DNA of 64,000 nucleotides from Anthoceros angustus. Lineage: Eukaryota > Plantae > Anthocerotophyta. The position numbers and the translations under genes are program-made. Where the stretch lies: assembly GCA_010909165.1 (NCBI GenBank), contig MU008153.1, positions 868,001 through 932,000 on the forward strand, given 5' to 3'. The notes beneath the pieces are model-generated. The model was not told where the DNA came from, made no database searches, and saw only the letters and a list, made by a program, of their open reading frames with translations. Shown one piece after another: positions 25,273 through 37,940 of the stretch (position 1 is its first letter; each line of letters starts with the position of its first letter).

Positions 25273-28200
25273 ATGGTGAACCACATCTTGGAATTATTGC
25301 TCACTTGGCCTTTTATCTGCCATATTGCTGCGGTGTTAGCTGCGGTTTGGGTTGCAGTTGCTGTCGGGGCCAGTCTCTCGTTTGTGCTCCTGTTGGGATT
25401 TATCTTTCTGTACCAGGTCTGATTGGTTTCCTTGTTGCTTTTCTTGGATTAGTTTTGCTTGTACCCATTTAGTGTGAAAGTGGTTCTCCTGGTGGGTTGT
25501 TTGATGCGAGATTGTGATTTTTTTGCTGTTTACGTCCGACAGGTTGACTCCAGGCAGCGTCAGAAGGATTTGCAAAGAATTCGGTTTGAAGAACGAAGAA
25601 GAGCGGACAGAAAGAAGGTGATGCTGTTCAGTCCTGCGAAGTTGGTGGATGGGCTGCTTTGAGAGGACAGGGCAGTTGCAGAATTTTGCTTCTTGTGTCC
25701 TGTGTGTTTTATGGAGATTGATTTGGACGAGATTATTTCTTGCAGCTAGCTGATAACGAGACCGTTGCTTGGTTAAACCAAGCTGTTGAGAGAATATGGC
25801 CTATTTGTTTAGAGCGATTTGCTTCCCAAGAATTTCTCATGCGCCTAACGCCATGGTTCCTTGATAAATATAAACCTTGGTCTGCGGTATGTCTTCTGAT
25901 CTGACTGTTATTTTGCGCGTGATTTCTGAATCGGATTTTCCCCATGGCATTCGTTCTCGTGAGCTGCCCACTTTGGCAGGAATCTTTCATACCGTGTTTG
26001 AATGTGCTGTGTCGTGATGATACGGGTGTGTTTTTCTTGCAGAAGAAAGCCATGTTACATCATCTGCATCTGGGAAGCAGACCGCCAATGCTCACAAACA
26101 TACAATGCGCTCAGAAGCCTGCAGAGGGATACACCGTGGTAGGATGGTGAATCCTTGCTCCTTGGGATCTGGGCTGGATCATGAATGATGGTGAGCATAT
26201 TGTTTGCTTCTAGGCAGGTGCTGGACATGAAACTGGACTTCGAAGCAGCAGGTGACATGAGTGCAGTCCTAGCCGTTCAGTTGAGGAAACGACTTGGGTT
26301 TGGCTTGTGGACAACTTTCCACTTATCCAGGTTGCAGCTTGAGGGCAAGGTAAGAGTTGTGGAAGATCTTCAACTGAAGCCATTTGTACTCTGCACATTA
26401 AGCATAAGTGGAATCTAATGTTTGCTTTTATCCTAATCTGTCGTTTTATCTGTCACAGATTCGAGTAGGTGTCAAGTTTTTATCACATTATCCATTCATC
26501 GAACGGGTTTCTCTATGCTTTGAGGATGCACCACGTTTGCAACTTACAGTGCGTCCCATCTTCAACTACGGGATTGATGTGTCTGAGCTTCCGGGAATTG
26601 CAAAGTGGGTGGTAAGTTAGAAGATTTTGTTGTGTTTTTATTGGTTTTCAACTAGAGCAGTGCACCGTGCACAAATGACTTAAATATCTCGTGTCATGAC
26701 AATTCAGGATAAAATGTTTGCAGATGCCATGGAGAGATCTCTTGTTGAGGTGAGAAGGGACTCTTGAGATTAACTTCATGGAATACTGATTTTGTCGCTA
26801 CAATTATGGACTTGGTTGTTGAATAGTAGGTGAACTCACTATCTTCGGCAGTGCTGTGCTGAATATCGGTGTCGAGCAGAATGGTCTCATTTGCTGTGAC
26901 TGTGACAATTGCAGCCCAATATGATGGTGATTGATGTTGAGAAAATTCTTGCGTTGCTTATGCCATCCACTGCACCAGGGACTGTCCCTGTGCAACCAGG
27001 TAGACTATGTCATGCCCATGAAGCCTAGCCAGACAACGAAGTGTCTCAAGTCGTTCACCTTATGGAATGTTATTGTGGCTTCTTATTTTGACAGCTGATT
27101 GGTTCCATTTGGAAGAGAGGGCTCCAATTGCACTTGTGCGGCTCGAAATCTTGAAGGGCAAAAATCTCAAGCCCTCAGATCTAAATGGTATGGAATCTAT
27201 GAGTTGCTTGTGCAAATTAGAGCGGCTGCCTCACTTCTTATTGCTTTGATTGTATTGCTCTCGTCTGCAGGTCTGGCAGATCCCTTTGTGAAAGGTTCAA
27301 TGGGTTTAACACGCATCAAAACAACCATAAAGCAGAAGACTTTAGACCCGGTGTGGAAAGAAGATTTTGTCCTCCCAGTTTCAAGCTGGGATTTGCCAAA
27401 CTTATTGGTTCTTAGAGTTCGAGATAAAGACCGCTTCCATGACGATGAGTTAGGGTAGGTGTGCACTCAAGGGTCTTATAGTCAGCAGATACATCCGAGA
27501 ATGGACATGACAAACTCCCTGTTTTCTGCAGTTATTGCGTCTTGACCGTAGCAAACTTCAGGGGTGGTGGCCGTCATCTTAAGTGGCATCGCCTTCGGGG
27601 TGTTAAGATGGGAAAGTTGCTTGTTGCAGTAACTGTAGAGGAGAAGCCTCCTGAACCTTCATCGGATTTTGATACAGATCAAAGGGTATGTTTGGGCCTG
27701 TGGAACAATATCCTCTCACTTTGCATGTTCATCTGTTGTTTCTGCTATGGGACCTATGGCTTTTTAAGAGGTTTCATGCTTGTATACCTTGCAGAACTTG
27801 CAGGATTCCGTAAGCAAGAATAAGGAAGTCAAAGGAGTTTCTGTGGGGCCAGTCAGTAAAAGTTCTCAGGCTGCACTATCTGACTGTCTTCAGAAGGGGA
27901 TTGAGGACAGTGGACCCGAATCCAGTGAAGCCTCTGGAGACGATGAGGTTGAGGAGATCGATGTTGGTAGTGCTCAAGGAGGGATGGTCTCAATATTGCA
28001 TGCTGGCAAGAAGAGAACACAAAAGTGCAGAGTGAAAAAGAATGCAGCAGATGCCGTTGCAAAGCGGGAATATCTAGCAGGAGACAGTCTCTGGGACAGA
28101 TCCATACGGAGCTTGGGTGGTGTAAGAATCAATGTTAGTGATGATGATAGTGATAGCGACTCAGATTTCAATGTAAATCTGGAGACCAGAAATTCTGAAA

Positions 28201-28847
28201 AGGCTGCACCAAATCCTGAACGTAGACGACCGTTTTGGTGGTGGAGGAGGCAAAGAGGTCAAAAGCGGAGGCCTATTCCAGTGTCAAGGGCAGACCATCC
28301 CAACGAATCGGTGGAGCCAACTGATATGCCAAGTGAAATACTTACGGTTGGTAAGAAGGGCACAGAGGTGGTGATGAAGCTGGAGCCAAGTGAGGAGCAC
28401 TTGGGAACTTTAGGGCTGCATCGGCATGACCCGGATGATATCTTCGAACCCAACCTAGTTACAAGCAGTGGGAAAAGCGATGGTCAAGAAGGGAAAGCGA
28501 GAAAAACTGGCAAGGGATTGATTCGTCAAGCTGGGAAAACAGTTCTTCTTCTCCAGCATTTTATGCACAGAAGAAAGAAAAGTACGGATAATTCCTCTCT
28601 GTCATCTCCAAAGGCGAGTAGTCTGGGAGAGAAGCAGAAGGATCCAGACATTGATGGCAGTGAGGGCTCTGTTGGACTTGATGACTCTGACGCTGAGAAT
28701 TTGGTACCTGGACCGGTCAGTGTTCCGAATCTTGAAACTTCTTCTGGTGCTCAGGTTAGGTTTCAAGACGACAGAGACGCATTATATGACAACGTGAAGG
28801 GAGAACAGTCACATTTCAGGAGTCGCTCATCTGTGAGGGAGAAGTGA
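25273..28847 (+). CDS. N-terminal TM + SMP + C2 domain protein (NTMC2 type 6-like, synaptotagmin family), 12 exons
   Basis: Exons 25273-25416, 25543-25617, 25746-25886, 26043-26138, 26218-26349, 26459-26611, 26708-26749, 26915-26999, 27095-27187, 27271-27454, 27532-27685, 27804 (or 27795)-28847. Motifs ETVAWLNQAVERIWPIC, DMSAVLAVQLRKRLGFG, KPSDLNGLADPFVKG, KTLDPVW, VRDKDRFHDDELG. Confidence 0.9.
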
Positions 28848-29547
28848 AGGATAGTGACCAACCTGTCACACCCTTGAACGAGGACAAGTGACAAAACGTT
28901 CAGGGCAGAGGCCAGCCACGGACACAGCTCGGAAAACTGCTGAACCTTAGCGTGTGACAGCTGCGAAGTTGAGTTGTGATGATATTGTGAATGTGCTCAT
29001 GCATGCCAGAGGATCGGATAATATTCTTCGTGCACCATTGACTGTCTCGCAGTACTAGGTTCCCGTAGCTGCATGGTCTAGCCTCTTTCGTTTGCGCGTC
29101 GTTTTTTATAAGAACAAGACAGGGTCAGAAGCGCCCTCACATTCCGGGACTCGGGGGGTTGAGAATCTGAAGGTTCACCGACGACTGAAGCCCTGAAACC
29201 TTCCAATGGGAGACTTGAGAATTATTTATACTTAGTCCTTGAGGGAACAATCCATACTTCAGACCTAGTCCATATTATACTTCAAAAAAGCAGTTGATTG
29301 GTATATATTTTTTGAGTGATCATTTTAGATTTTAATTAATTAGCATAAATATTTATGAATAAGAAATAAAAAGAAAGGCTGCATAAAGTTCAAAAGTAAA
29401 GTACTTGTAACCTATTGCGCTGTGACTTGTCTTTGCTTTACCTACATCATTTTTTTGAAATTGCAAACGGAGATTGTTAGATGTTGTCAGCATGACCTCA
29501 TAAACAACAACCACATGAAAGAAGAATTGTACAATTCTGATGACTAA

Positions 29548-29687
29548 TCATCTTTGTTACATAACAAGACGGTTTTATCAACTAGTCATATCTGTTACAA
29601 AATAAGACAATTCTCTCTCATCTTTGTTACATAACAAGACGGTTTTATCAACTAGTCATCTCTGTTACAAAACAAGACAATTCTCTC
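29548..29687. repeat. 70-bp tandem duplication built from ~35-bp subunits
   Basis: tcatctttgttacataacaagacgg starts at both 29548 and 29618. Confidence 0.8.
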
Positions 29688-29897
29688 GACTACACATTTC
29701 TGTTAGAGAACAAGACGAACTTTGTCAACTCATTAAAAAAACATGTTACGTATATATATTTATTAATTCATGTAATTACATTTTAAAATACACAAATGCC
29801 ATCAATTACCACATCCTCCAGGTCTCTGCAAGTGGAAATATATGTAAGAGAAGAATATGCGTGACCAAAATTTCATAGAGAAATCCTCTATATGCAA

Positions 29898-30263
29898 GGC
29901 CAGAGCCTACCACGATTGCAAGAACGGGGCTGGTCTCCCCCCTTCTTGTATTGTGGCTTTCTTTTGGCAACGGGCGTCCATCGCCTTGCAAAGGGCGTTG
30001 GCCAATGCAATGTATCGGACGTCAGCAAGCGTCGTGCGATACATGTCAGCAAGCGCCGTGGAGATGTATTTTCAGCTCATGTGGTAGGTAGGCCCTTCTT
30101 CATCCCTGACCATGACATTCTTGACGCGGTAGGTAGTTTCAAGATCAGCGATTGCGGGGGCTAGTCCCCCTGGGCCTGGTGCCCTTATGTGGGTTTTTCC
30201 CCTTTGTCACAGTGTAGATGGATTTCTCCATCGCTTTATCTGCGATAAAGACTTCAAGGTTCT
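29898..30263 (+). mobile_element. 5'-truncated RLE-type (CRE/R2-group) LINE
   Basis: Encodes SCIVAFFWQRASIALQRALANAMYRT; 3' UTR homologous to ~37700-37935; 12-bp TSD CTCTATATGCAA at 29886-29897 and 30264-30275. Confidence 0.8.
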
Positions 30264-30994
30264 CTCTATATGCAAATTATGTGATTGGAGTGGCAGACAC
30301 ATTAGTCAGGTTTGCAAATATTTATATTTCCCTCACACTATCCTTTTTCGAAATCAGTAACTTCAGAAATTTGAAGAGATGTTGTCAGCTTCCGCATACA
30401 GAAGAAACTTAACTCTAGAATGTCCAACTCTCTTTGGGTAGGCTATAGGCATGGATATTTCTTTATTATACACGAGTATCATTTTGCTTTTCGTGCTTGG
30501 ATGCATAAGGTAGCTGCTAGCCTTAACCAATGTGGTTGTGGTCGTATTGGGTAATGTAAAAGTATTCCATGTTATACTTTAAAGTAGTATTATAAGACAA
30601 TCCCTAACTCAGACCAAGATTGCTACATACTCATGTTACATTTTTAAGGAGCATAACAAGAAACCTTAACCTAGAGTATAGCTTGAGGTGAACTCTTCTA
30701 GTTGGCTTCATATCTAGCTCTCCATGTTTTGCGTCTTTGTAATACCTCAATAAAATGTGAATCTTACACAAACAAAGGAAATAGGAACATATGATATGCG
30801 TAGCGGTACAGATTATAGAGAGCTAGCTTCTTGTAAGGTAATACTAATTAAAAATATTTTATAATTTATATATTAGTACTTATACATATATTAACTTACA
30901 TATATAGGGTGGTATTGACATTACCTAGTTCTCCAGCTCAAGACGCCCTCCATAAGGATTTCTTCCATACTACTTCGATGTAGATGAGAAAATC

Positions 30995-33000
30995 TCATCT
31001 TCCAATACTCCCTTCTCCTTTTCCATATTTCCTTAAGGGTTCTTTTTGAAGAATTGATTGCTCCTAAAAGAAAATGCACAAGGAACGATCACAGTCTAAT
31101 ATTGAACTTGGCAAAAGATTTCAAGTTCTTTATTTGTAAAATTAAATTTTGCAAGTCAACTTTTCTTACCCATTTTTGCTTCAACTCTTTTGCTAGCTTA
31201 CTGATTTCTATGGACTCGGTTGGTTCTTTTGTCATACGATTAATTGCCTATCCCACGTGAAAGATGTTTATTAGGGTTTTCATTTAATTCTAGTCGGATA
31301 ATTGTCACCACACCATGTACCAACGCCATATCTATCAAATGAGTAGACATATGTACCTTGCCCAAGAAACTCTCCTTCAACAATGTCTTATTTACCTTGT
31401 TTGTCATGTCAATGGGCAACTACAAAATGTCACCAAATTGAAAAAAAATAAAATAAGAATAGCTATTGATATGCTAGAGCATCTATGTAAACATCCTCTT
31501 ACATACCTCCTTATGCAATTAAGCTAGATATTAATACTCGAATAGCCACTTACATCTATGAGTAGGTCCAATAGTGCTTTTTTGATGTTCATGTTAGGGA
31601 AGGATCCATCAGGCAAAGGTTCAAGCCAAATCCTAATTACGTGAAGTACTCCCTGTTGCACGAACTCCTTTAGAAGTTGACGCCTATGAAACAATGTACG
31701 TCAAAGGAATACGTTGAACAACATGCGAAAAAGCTTATGAAAAATTTGGAATATTATCTTACTTTCCAAGCATATGGACAAGCTCTGGCAGCATTTTAAG
31801 TTTGTTAGTAGCTGGTTTCAAGTTACGGTTGCAATCTGCATCCTTCTTAGCAGCATTCTCAAACTTATTTATGTACTCTAGAACAAGTAGGCTTCTCTCC
31901 TCAGGAGGCATCACAATTTTCTTCTTCTTGGTGAAATACTTTTCAAGGTCGTCGTTTTGAGCTTGTAGTTCCTAGACGCACGGTTGAACAAGTCATGTTA
32001 ATGTCAGCCTAATAACTTATGCCATTATGAAAATCTTTGCAAAAAAAACTCTATACAAGACATAGAATTGCACATTATATACTTGTCGAGCATTCTCATC
32101 TAGGCCAACATTAAACTCGTTTCGTTCACTATCATGTTTTTCATGTAGTCTAGTATCATCAATGAAGCCACCATCTTTGCCTCTCGGCGCTTGTCCTTGT
32201 TCATCATCCTGTAAAATCGTAAATATGTTATTTTACAATTTCCTCCCACAAAATATCAGGCCCCGAAGAAAGCGATGAAATAAGATGCAAAGACCAAAAA
32301 GAAAAACGAGGCGAACCTCCGAGTTCGTGCTGGCTACGCACTTCCACATCTCTTCTATCTCATGATTCCTTGATTCAAGCTTCTTCACCTTCATCAAATT
32401 ATCCCCAACCTTTTGCTTCGATGGACGTTGTTTACCATCCTTTTCCTCTTTCATATTCAAAATTTGCTTGCATTGTTCCTCATCCTTCCCCTTCTTGGTG
32501 TCTTGAATTCTTTTGCCTTGACATTCTCCTTTCTCTCTTTTCCTCTTTTGATCACTCCCATGATCATCCTCCCTCTTATCTCTTGCATGGTTACCTTTCT
32601 TCATCACCTTTTCCATTACGCTCATCTTGGCTACTTGTCTCCTCGGCTTCACCCTTCGTTCCTCCTCCCTCTTATCACTTGCATGGCCATCTTCCTCCTT
32701 CATATCTTCCATGACGCTATTCTTCATTACTCGCCTTCTTGGCTTCGCGCTTTGCTCCTCCTCCCTCTTATGACTTGCATGGTCATCTTGCTTATTCACA
32801 TCTTCCATGACACTCTTCTTCACTAGTCGTCTCCTTGGCTTCAACCTTAGCTCCTCCTCCCTCTGATCACTTGCATGGTCATCTCCCGTTTTCACATCTT
32901 CCATGACGCTCTTCTTCACTAGTCGTCTCCTTGGCTTCGACCTTAGCTCCTCCTCCCTCTGATCACTTGCATGGTTGTCTCCCTTCTTCACACCTTCCAT
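30995..33000 (-). CDS. IWS1: IWS1/SPN1-like transcription elongation factor (TFIIS N-terminal domain), divergent, with N-terminal repeat expansion; may be decaying
   Basis: Exons 33000-32317, 32208-32083, 31971-31763, 31683-31554, 31419-31357, 31247-31170, 31063-30995 splice in frame: EIEEMWKCVAS|DDEQ..GGFIDD|..KKDADCNRNLKPATNKLKML|..QGVLHVIRIWLEPLPDGSFPNMNIKKALL|LPIDMTNKVNKTLLKESFLGK|..SKLAKELKQKW. Start codon and C-terminal end uncertain. Confidence 0.8.
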
Positions 33001-33075
33001 GACGCTCTTCTTCACTAGTTGTCTCCTTAGCTTCGCCCTTCACTCCTCCTACCTCTCATCACTTGCGTGGTCATC
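32560..33075 (-). repeat. 96-bp (32-aa) coding tandem repeat, about 5.5 units
   Basis: Unit KKSVMEDVKxGDDHASDQREEELRxKPRRRLV; the DNA period is 96 bp. Confidence 0.9.
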
Positions 33076-33514
33076 CCCTTTAAACACTAATTTGGGAGGT
33101 ATCGTTTTACGAAGAAAAATTTTGATATCAAAAACATGTTTATACGAACAAATTACCCACTGGAAGACCTACGTGTAAGCTCAACTTGTCTTCTAACAAA
33201 AAAAAAAAAAACCTTAAGCCCAATTAATGGAGTCTCAAATTTTCAGTATTATTTTCCACATTAACTTGACTTGTCTTGATAGAAAATTATATTCAGTATA
33301 ATGACTATAGTGCAGTTATATATATATATAGTTTCATCCCAAAACATAGTCTCGATTATGGTCCAATTCCAGATATTAAGGAAGGAAAGGTAGACAACCA
33401 AACGAGAGAGAGAGAGAGAGGAGACGCCGGCCAAAGCCGCGCTGTTCGTTTCGATTTTTCTCCTTGGCTTTCCTCCTGAACGTCCCCTCACCTGCCCGTG
33501 AGACAATACGCTCA

Positions 33515-34135
33515 TGCTCATGCCTACAGCACTGGAGGAGACTTCAAAGCTCAAATTCCACTCTTGCTCTTCATCAGCTGCCATCCATTCCACGGAAGCC
33601 ATGGATCTGTTGGGAACCATTTCCTTACCGTCCTCTCTGTTTTCTATCAGCAGAGCTTGGCAGACATTCCTCAGCACCCACAATCAGCACTCCCCAAGGT
33701 TGACACTTCCTGCGGTCCCTCCAGAACCCACGAGCGGGCCAGCCTCAAAGCAGCCTCTACCTGCCGGTGTCCTGGGTCTCTTTAGCTTCCTCACGAATTC
33801 TGGAGAACTGGCTGTCTCCACCAGCGGAACCCACTCGTCATCATCGTCATCAGAGCAACCGGGGGTACAAAAAATGGCCCCAACATCAGCTTCCTGCCCA
33901 AGCTGAACGGAGCTGGCAATCTCCGCCCCCGATGGGTCCAGCTCGTCCTTCAAACTCCCCTCACAGCCATCGGAGCTGAAATTCCCACTCCGTAGATTCG
34001 CATTCCAAGGCACCAAGCAACATCACCGCAGAAGCCATTGATTCCATCCTCCGCCCTTCTGTTCAAAGCACCCTGCCAAAAACGCTCCCAGCTCCCACAG
34101 CACCGCTGCTCCTCTCCCCTCAAAAGGCCATACAA
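33515..34135 (-). pseudogene. truncated, frameshifted paralog of the 978-aa orphan at 40263-43199
   Basis: Shares DGINGFCGDV, SGAEIA, VGAIF.TPG.SDDDDDE.VPLVETASSPEFVRKLK and ADEEQEWN.SFEV.SSAVGMS with the orphan; contains stops and frameshifts. Confidence 0.85.
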
Positions 34136-35658
34136 CCTTCAAGATTTGGTGAAGAGGGGAAGCACATTGAGACAATAGCCACCATGCATGCCACTCAAAC
34201 GATTCAGAAGAGTTCACCAACTTCCACAAAGAGCCCTGTTTGATCAGTTGCACAGGCGACACTGTGTGCAGAAGCTTCATTGTCACGGGCAGACGGAGCA
34301 GGGGTCCTAATGATATGGCAGGACAAGCTTAATCTCGGAAGCACAGAGGCAATAAGGATCTACACGGTTGAACTTCCTGCAGCAACATCACACCAATGGA
34401 GTCAGAAAAGAGTATTACCTCTGAATTCAGTGTCACTTCCGTTCCAAGAACACAAAAACTTTAGCAGTCCAATGTTCCGAAGAAGGAAGCAGGTGAAGGT
34501 CTTCAAAATACCGCTGTGGAAGATAAGGAGATTGAGGAAGACATTGTCCTACTCGCAGAGCCTGAGGACGACAAGCATCGTGAAGCTGTGTGTGAAGGCC
34601 TTACTACTTCTGAACTTCCCCCATTTCAAGGCAACTAACACGAGGCTGGTGACCTTTTTCATTGCAAACCGATCTGTGCCGATCAACAGACCCTATAAAC
34701 TGGTCCATGCAAACTACCAGACTCCCTCAAAGCTTGCTGCATGTCAGCTTGCAGATGGCATCCAAGTTAAGGACGTCGAGAATCAGATGCACACTCAGAC
34801 AACCCACCTCAAGTCTTTTTGCACAGAAGCCGGTGATTGTTCGGTAAAAACAAGAACCCAGCTGTGAATCTGAGTGACAAGGACATGGTTGCTACCAGCC
34901 GGACTCACACATTGGTGGAACCTGTTGGGCACGTAGACAATGGTGGGCAGACAGGTGATGCACTGCAGACTGGGATATGCTTGAGCATTGTCTCGGAGCC
35001 ATGGAATCAAGTTTCAGTGCCATCTCCAGCAGACCAGGAGATAAGACGCAGACTAAGAGCAACAGACATTATGATGACAACGAAAGTAGTAGTTCTGTTC
35101 GTAGTCCCTTTCGTACACCGAATGATCATTCACATGGGGGGGATGAAGGAGTTCTGGTTCCGGAGAAGAGGATGATTCTACAAAGCTGGACGTCATCAAG
35201 GGTGTCACAAATGCCGTCCTCCGAGCTTAAGGCCCAGGCACCCCAACTCTAGAAAAGAGAGCGTTTGGTCAGGTTTTTCTAGAGGTCCTGCATCCTTGAG
35301 TAGGGGTTGTGTGCCTAGGGGAACACAGTTCTCTCTTCTGGCCATCACAAGTTCTCTCTTCTGGCCATCACAAGTTCACGACCCTTGCTTTGGTGTACGT
35401 TTTTTGTTCTCGATTAGGTGGCCTGTATGGGCCTTGGCTAAGGACGTTGATGAATCTGTAAGTATTACGGCACAACCTATCATGTTTGCAAGCACGGTGC
35501 AAGGCTATCTTTCCGCTACTTCATGGCATTCTTTCTGCAGCGTGATGTCCTTTGCTGGATTGGTTCCTCCATCAATCTCTACTCGCTCAATAAAGTTTTA
35601 TCTCCGATGCGTCCTTGCCCAATAAGACATCACAAGCATGATTCTCAAATGCACAGAT

Positions 35659-35795
35659 TTTTTTTAATTTGGTATTTTGAAAATAAATCCGAAACAACCC
35701 CGGGGGCAAATCTTCAGCGAGGGTTCTGATTCCCCTATGTTACACATCGTATCATCGCATCAGAAAGAGACTATACTCTTCCCAAGGTCATCTGA
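35659..35795 (-). mobile_element. poly(A)-tailed non-LTR (LINE/SINE) 3' fragment, family B
   Basis: 14-bp TSD TCAAATGCACAGAT at 35645-35658 and 35796-35809; T-run at the left end; homologous to 53310-53450. Confidence 0.85.
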
Positions 35796-35849
35796 TCAAA
35801 TGCACAGATATCTAGATTTTCAACCCACGAAACTCTTCTTAAAGAAGGA

Positions 35850-36145
35850 TGTACTACTGTGACGTGTATGAGAGGAACAACCCAAAAAGGGCTAATAGTA
35901 AAAGGGGAAGTCCTAGTCCCCTCGAATGCCTTTCCCGTAACTACCTACTGCACCAATGATATCGTGATCAGGGATGATGAAGGGCCTACCTATCACCGGT
36001 GCCGAAGAAGCCGCTAGTCCTGCGCATGAGTCAGCCCTATAAATGCAATGGCCGCAGAGCTATGGAAATTACTGCAAGAAAGCCACCACGGAGGAAAGGG
36101 GGAGGCCCCTCCAATTCCTGTGGCTGTGATAGACTTTTGCACACT
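35850..36145 (-). mobile_element. degenerate 3' fragment of the RLE-type LINE family
   Basis: Reverse complement matches 29898-30200 (TAGGTAGGCCCTTCATCATCCCTGA, GTAGGTAGTT, GGGGACTAG). No TSD found. Confidence 0.65.
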
Positions 36146-36359
36146 CCTTAATTAACCTAGAGAAGTCCTTGCCCATAGCCCCATGAGTCTCGAGGGCGAG
36201 GGGGATGAAAACATGGTCTTTCCTACCTTACACTCTTTCCTCTCTTTCTTCAACAACTTAGTTTGTTTCTGGAAAGTAGATTAGGTTTGAAAAGAAGAAG
36301 AATGAAGAATAAACACACTCTAACATTGCACTTGGCAACAAGATTTGAATTTTTTTTCT

Positions 36360-37000
36360 GTATAACTTACTTTTATTACCCATTTTTTAATTAGCTCTTG
36401 CTAGCTTTCTATTTGTTGTCGACTCCGTTGCTACTTTTGATAAAAACTTAATTGCATGACTCACATAAAAGATGTTCATTAGAGTTTCTATGTAGCGGAC
36501 CATATACCAACATTATATATCTATCAAATCAATAGACTTTTCCTAAGTTGCTCTTCTTCAACATTGCCTTGTTCTCTCGTTTGTCATGTTAATAGGCAAC
36601 TACAAAATGCCACCCAACTGGAAAAAAAATATTTAAAATAATTATTTATATCCTAAAGCATCTCTATATCTATACATCCTCCTAGATTATCTCCTTATGC
36701 AATTTAGCTAGATATTAATACTCGATTAATCCCTTACCTCTATGAGTAGCTTCAATAGTGTATCTGCGACGGTCATGTCGGGCAAGGAAAGAACCTATGA
36801 CGCAAAGTTTCAATCCGTTCTCGATTTATTAGTGGCTGGTTTTAAGTTGCGATTGCAATCTTCATCCTTCTTAGCAGCCCTCTCAAGCTTAGACAGGAAG
36901 TCCACAAAACGCATCGCTATCTTTGCAAGAGACATCACACCCTTCTCCTTCTTTCTGAAATACTTTTCAAGGTTGTCTTTTTCAACTTTCAATCCCTAAA
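36360..37000 (-). pseudogene. second IWS1-like copy, internally deleted pseudogene
   Basis: DNLEKYFRKK..LERAAKKDEDCNRNLKPATNK, then a deletion; LPI-type exon near 36560-36600; AIKFLSKVATESTTNRKLARA with a frameshift near 36380; intron sequence similar to 31250-31550. Confidence 0.8.
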
Positions 37001-37071
37001 ATCCACATAGCTCCACAGGTGAAGGTGAGAGGAAGAGACATGTTATAGCAATGGCATATGATTATATATAT

Positions 37072-37173
37072 AACTAGACCTTAGTTGAACTATGTTTCAA
37101 GATGAAACTAGACCTTAGTTGAACTATGTTTCAAGATGTAACTAGACCTTAGTTGAACTATGTTTCAAGATGT
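37072..37173. repeat. 34-bp tandem repeat x3 at the LINE 5' junction
   Basis: AACTAGACCTTAGTTGAACTATGTTTCAAGATG(A/T) at 37072, 37106 and 37140. Confidence 0.9.
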
Positions 37174-37940
37174 GTTTTCGCCTTGGCTTGGTCCATCCTC
37201 TGGCGTGCTCTCTTTCAACTTGTACCTGCGGGGCCCCTCTCGATGACTTTGGGATGCACTTGGCTCACTGTCCTGCGGGTGGGCAGCGTATCGCTACACA
37301 TGACGTCGTTCGGGACGTCATGTTCTCTATTGCTAGGGAAGGCAGGTTCCTTCCATTTAGGAAGCGCCCTTACACCTTGCTCAACGAGGTTTCGCTTAGG
37401 GCAGACCTATTTTTGACCAAGGGGATCAGGTTTCGGTGCTGATGTGGTGGTAATCGATCCCACCCGGGAGAGTGTCTGCGAACATGTTATTCTTTAACCT
37501 CCAGGTTGGGCGGCGGAGGGATGCGCGGCGGCTAAGGTCCACAAGTACTCTCCTATGCAGGACGGCCACGCCTTCGTCCCCCTTGTCATTGAGACTCACG
37601 GAGCCATGGGCAAGGATTTCTCTAGGTTCGTCAAATCCCCCTTTCTTGTATTGTTGCTTTCTTCCGGCAGAGGGTTTCCATCGCTCTGCAGAGGGTGTTG
37701 GCTAACGCAGTATATAGAACGAGAGCGAGCGTAGGAGATGCAGGTTCTTTGACACCGGTGGTAAGTAGGCCTTTTCACATCCCTGACCACGAAGTTCTTC
37801 GGGCGGTTGGTAGTTTTGAAATGCGTGATCATAGGGGCTAGTCCCCCTCGCATGGTGCCCTTCGTTGGGTTTTTCCCCTTTTGTTTTTGGGGTACATGGG
37901 TTTTTCCCATCTCTTTTTTATAATAAAGTCTTCTTTCCCA
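37173..37940 (+). mobile_element. 5'-truncated non-LTR retrotransposon with zinc knuckle and restriction-like endonuclease (CRE/NeSL/R2 group)
   Basis: FRLG..CTCGAPLDDFGMHLAHC..RIATHDVVRD (knuckle and RHD motif), LRADL..ADVVVIDP, AAAKVHKY, FVPLVIETHGAMG, FRQRVSIALQR; frameshifted; 10-bp TSD TTTCAAGATG at 37163-37172 and 37941-37950. Confidence 0.88.

Noticed and set aside
25200-25472. ATG 25200 as the start of the C2 gene
   Set aside because: That frame does not give the hydrophobic TM or an in-frame donor; ATG 25273 does.
37072-37173. 34-bp repeats as a CRISPR
   Set aside because: Head-to-tail copies without spacers.
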